From the NCBI GenBank assembly GCA_011109175.1, contig RDEW01000005.1:541523-605522 (forward strand): 64,000 nt of DNA, given 5' to 3'. The position numbers were made by a program, and so were the translations under genes. The stretch is from Dicyema japonicum (lineage: Eukaryota > Animalia > Dicyemida). The notes beneath the pieces were generated by a model. The model was given only the letters and a program-made list of their open reading frames with translations, was not told the DNA's origin and ran no database searches. Positions 61,320-64,000 of this stretch are shown in pieces (within the stretch, counting starts at the first letter, position 1; each line of letters begins with the position of its first letter).

Positions 61320-63300
61320 ATGTTAGTTGAGGAAGCCGGCTGCATGGATAGCGAACGAGTTTCCTCGGAGTTTGGCCATTTCAATCTTTTGTCTCAGCCA
61401 TTACGCTTTCGTTAGTTGTTTACTTTAATTTTTTTCTCGGTGTATCCGGGGTTAATAATAATAACGCTTTCGTCGATCTCTTTTCTTTCTGGCAAGCATT
61501 CCTCCAAGTTCGCGCAAGAACTCAGCCGTCATTAGAGCAACGGCTCCCAATGACTCGACCGCAACATGAGTAAATTGGTAGCGGTCCCCGAGAGAAGAAT
61601 ATTTCTTGATTTTTAGGTTTTCCGGGGTCGAAACAGTTGCCCCAGGTGTCTGAACCGATTTGATAAGATTAGTGCTTGAAAATGTGTCAACACAAGTTGC
61701 GTCCCAGACCTAAGATTTTCCGGATGTGTAGGGGAAAAGGGTCATCCCGTCAGGTCTCTTTCAATCTCCTCGAATGAGACCCATTGGTTCAAGCTGAGAT
61801 GAGAAGCCTGTAGCTTTCAGAGCTCTGACGATCACATCATTCAGAGCAGCGTGACGTAGTCCTATTCCGGCACTTCTTTTGCAGGACAGCGGATACAATC
61901 CTTTCGCATCGACTATTTTCCCGCATCGGCATCGGTGCTCCTGGCATACGTCTAGTCCTAGCATTTGACGATTCCAATCCTCAAAGAATCGTTGTCAAAA
62001 TAAGTCCCTAGGTTTGGGCAAGGTATGGCACCAAGCCATGCTCCACTCCCTCAACTTGAAGCTGACACCAAACAAGCCAGATGATGTTGGTTTGCTTCTT
62101 TTTTAAGGGTCTCCCAAAATTTTAGAGCAGACAATGTTATCATAATTACTTTGCTTCGTTGTGTCTTCGAGGATTTTGAGTCCGGACAGGTTTTATTTCC
62201 GACAAGCTTCGTCAAATGACTCATTCCAGCGAAGTCCAATAGTGTGATGAAGGAATTGCCGTATCACATGGCTGCAGTTTGAGAGAGATGACAGATATGC
62301 CGATTATGCAACCTCCAGCGCCGATCTTAGACCGACAACCCCAAATCGAGAGAGAAGCTTACATTGATTCAACCAAGTTCGTCTATGTGGACGTTAATAA
62401 GTGACTCAACAGTTTGCTTAAGAGATTTGTCAATCGAAAGTAGAATGTCGTATTGTTTGTAGCAGGGTGAACATCGGAGTATATATAAAAGCTTGGGTAG
62501 TCCGATGTTGTTTCTCATCAGGATGAAGAATCTGTGAGAGTCGAGACATGACATTCTTTTCTCGACGCATGTTAATTCTTCATTTTTGGAAAGCAGATGG
62601 TTCTTGAATTCATCTTCGCTGAGTGGGGATCCGAGGAAATATAATTTGTCAACTGGCACAGTCGGGATTTCGGGAAGCAGTTCGTTAATAGACTCCCTGA
62701 TAAAGAAAAAGTCGGTGTTTGGATAAGAGACATTTATTAGCTCTAATTTGTTAACATTGATGTTCATGCCCAAGTGTTAAAGCGGGTAAAGCTTTACGTA
62801 GTGAATTGTACGTTTCCTTAATGATCCTCCAATTGTGGCATCGTCGAGGTACCAGAGATTTAGCTGTGCATCGATTGATCTCACAATTTCATCATTGGTC
62901 AGGCCAAATCAGAGAGGTCCAAGAGGATCTCCTTTTTAGATCGCTTTTTTGATTTAATAAATTCATTTTCATAAACCAGAGACGTATCTTCTCAATAGGA
63001 TAATTTGACAAGAGGTAATAGCTTTGGAGCCCTATTCCAGCACGTTTCCGTAATTTTATCTCTTCTGAGAGAATTGAATGCATTCTTTATTTCCAACTAG
63101 ATTACAATGCATTCATTTGAAAATTTTTTTGTCTGAAGAAACACCATGCTGCATAAACCCTAGCCTCACATCCGATCTGGATACTAACACCCATTTGTTT
63201 AGGAAAGAACTCCTATAAAAGTTGTCGGTTCTTTAAGTAGATGCCATCTGTACTTCAAGTCACCTGAAATAATTCCAGACCGCAGTGGAACGGATTAATT
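61320..63300 (-). mobile_element. CRE-like non-LTR retrotransposon, degenerate, RT + zinc knuckle + RLE
   Basis: GDPLGPL, NLWYLDDATIGG, YFLGSPL, CRCG....[35 protein letters not shown]. Confidence 0.9.
61412..61463 (+). mobile_element. 52-bp LINE 3' tip inserted in the CRE element with a 9-bp TSD
   Basis: acgctttcg at 61403-61411 and 61464-61472. The insert matches 14445-14495. Confidence 0.9.
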
Positions 63301-63540
63301 AATAACATCGTTAAATTCTACTAATTGATTATGTCGAAATCACCAATTGTTCCATGCCAAACATCTTAAAGATATATAATCGTTCTATTACTTACATTTT
63401 TCAACATCATTCAAGAGTGTTCATAATTGTGACGTTCCATGTATAGAATTTAATTAATAAGTTCTGTCATTTCTAATTGATTTGATTAAAGTCAAACTTA
63501 TAAAGTGATCAATTGCCGACCATGTTAAGGATCTATCATC

Positions 63541-64000
63541 GTAGTTTATTTAAATTTAAATCTTCATTTGAATTCAAATGTATAGGCGTCGTATTTTGAT
63601 TCCAAGTGGTTATATTATATTGCTAAATAGTATCCCTTAATATATAACAAAGATTAGAATTCAAATCGTTATACTAATCGGCACTTATTGCAATAATAAT
63701 GTTATAGGTCTAACCTTCATCTGGAAGATAAAATTCATAATATAATTGTAAGGCGTCGTAGTTCGATTCCAAGTGGTTATATTATATTGCTAAATAGTAT
63801 CTTTAATATATAATAAAGATTAGAATTCAAATCGTTATACTAATCGGCACTTATTGCAATAATAATGTTATAGGTCTACGCTTCATCTCGTAGATTAAAT
63901 TCATAATATAATTGTATAGGCGTCGTAGTTTGATTCCTGCTGGTTATAGTATATTGACATATAGTTTATTTAAATTTAAATCTTTATTTGAATTGAAATG
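63541..64000. repeat. 167-bp satellite-like repeat running to the window end
   Basis: ggcgtcgta.tt.gattcc at 63585, 63752 and 63919. A 40-bp block at 63541 recurs at 63961. Confidence 0.9.

Noticed and set aside
1-64000. Microsporidian or myxozoan origin suggested by the TE repertoire and short introns
   Set aside because: The ZNF800-like gene argues against microsporidia, and the outer-dynein-arm docking relic argues against both lineages. Not formally excluded without a phylogeny.

Overview
This window is eukaryotic nuclear DNA, AT-rich and dominated by transposon debris. I found no rRNA, CRISPR array or prokaryotic operon. A few host genes are present, all split by ultra-short GT-AG introns of about 22-28 nt: a ZNF800-like C2H2 gene (1733-2596, minus), an orphan helical-protein gene (24231/24265-25376), an ORMDL gene (33465-33980, one frameshift), a two-EF-hand gene (51827-52078), a disrupted SLC17-family transporter (~45170-46432) and a disrupted ODAD1/CCDC63-like ciliary gene (~31450-32255). 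An animal-type zinc finger, a motile-cilia gene and ~25-nt introns together point to a ciliated, reduced animal such as a dicyemid mesozoan. That is inference, not proof. The rest is nested mobile DNA: RTE LINEs, I/Jockey-like LINEs, R4/Dong-like RLE elements (one with an intact 798-aa ORF), CRE-like elements, pogo/Tigger relics and integrase-type DNA transposon relics. The most interesting observations are (i) a tRNA-derived SINE family whose 3' tail matches the local RTE 3' end, (ii) transposases carrying the same mini-introns as host genes, (iii) a speculative RdRp-like (GDD) relic at ~17.2-17.7 kb, and (iv) four perfect 102-173 bp tandem duplications that may be assembly artefacts. Intron and TSD coordinates were counted by hand. 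Boundaries of degenerate elements are approximate (tens of bp). All family assignments come from motif recognition, not database searches.
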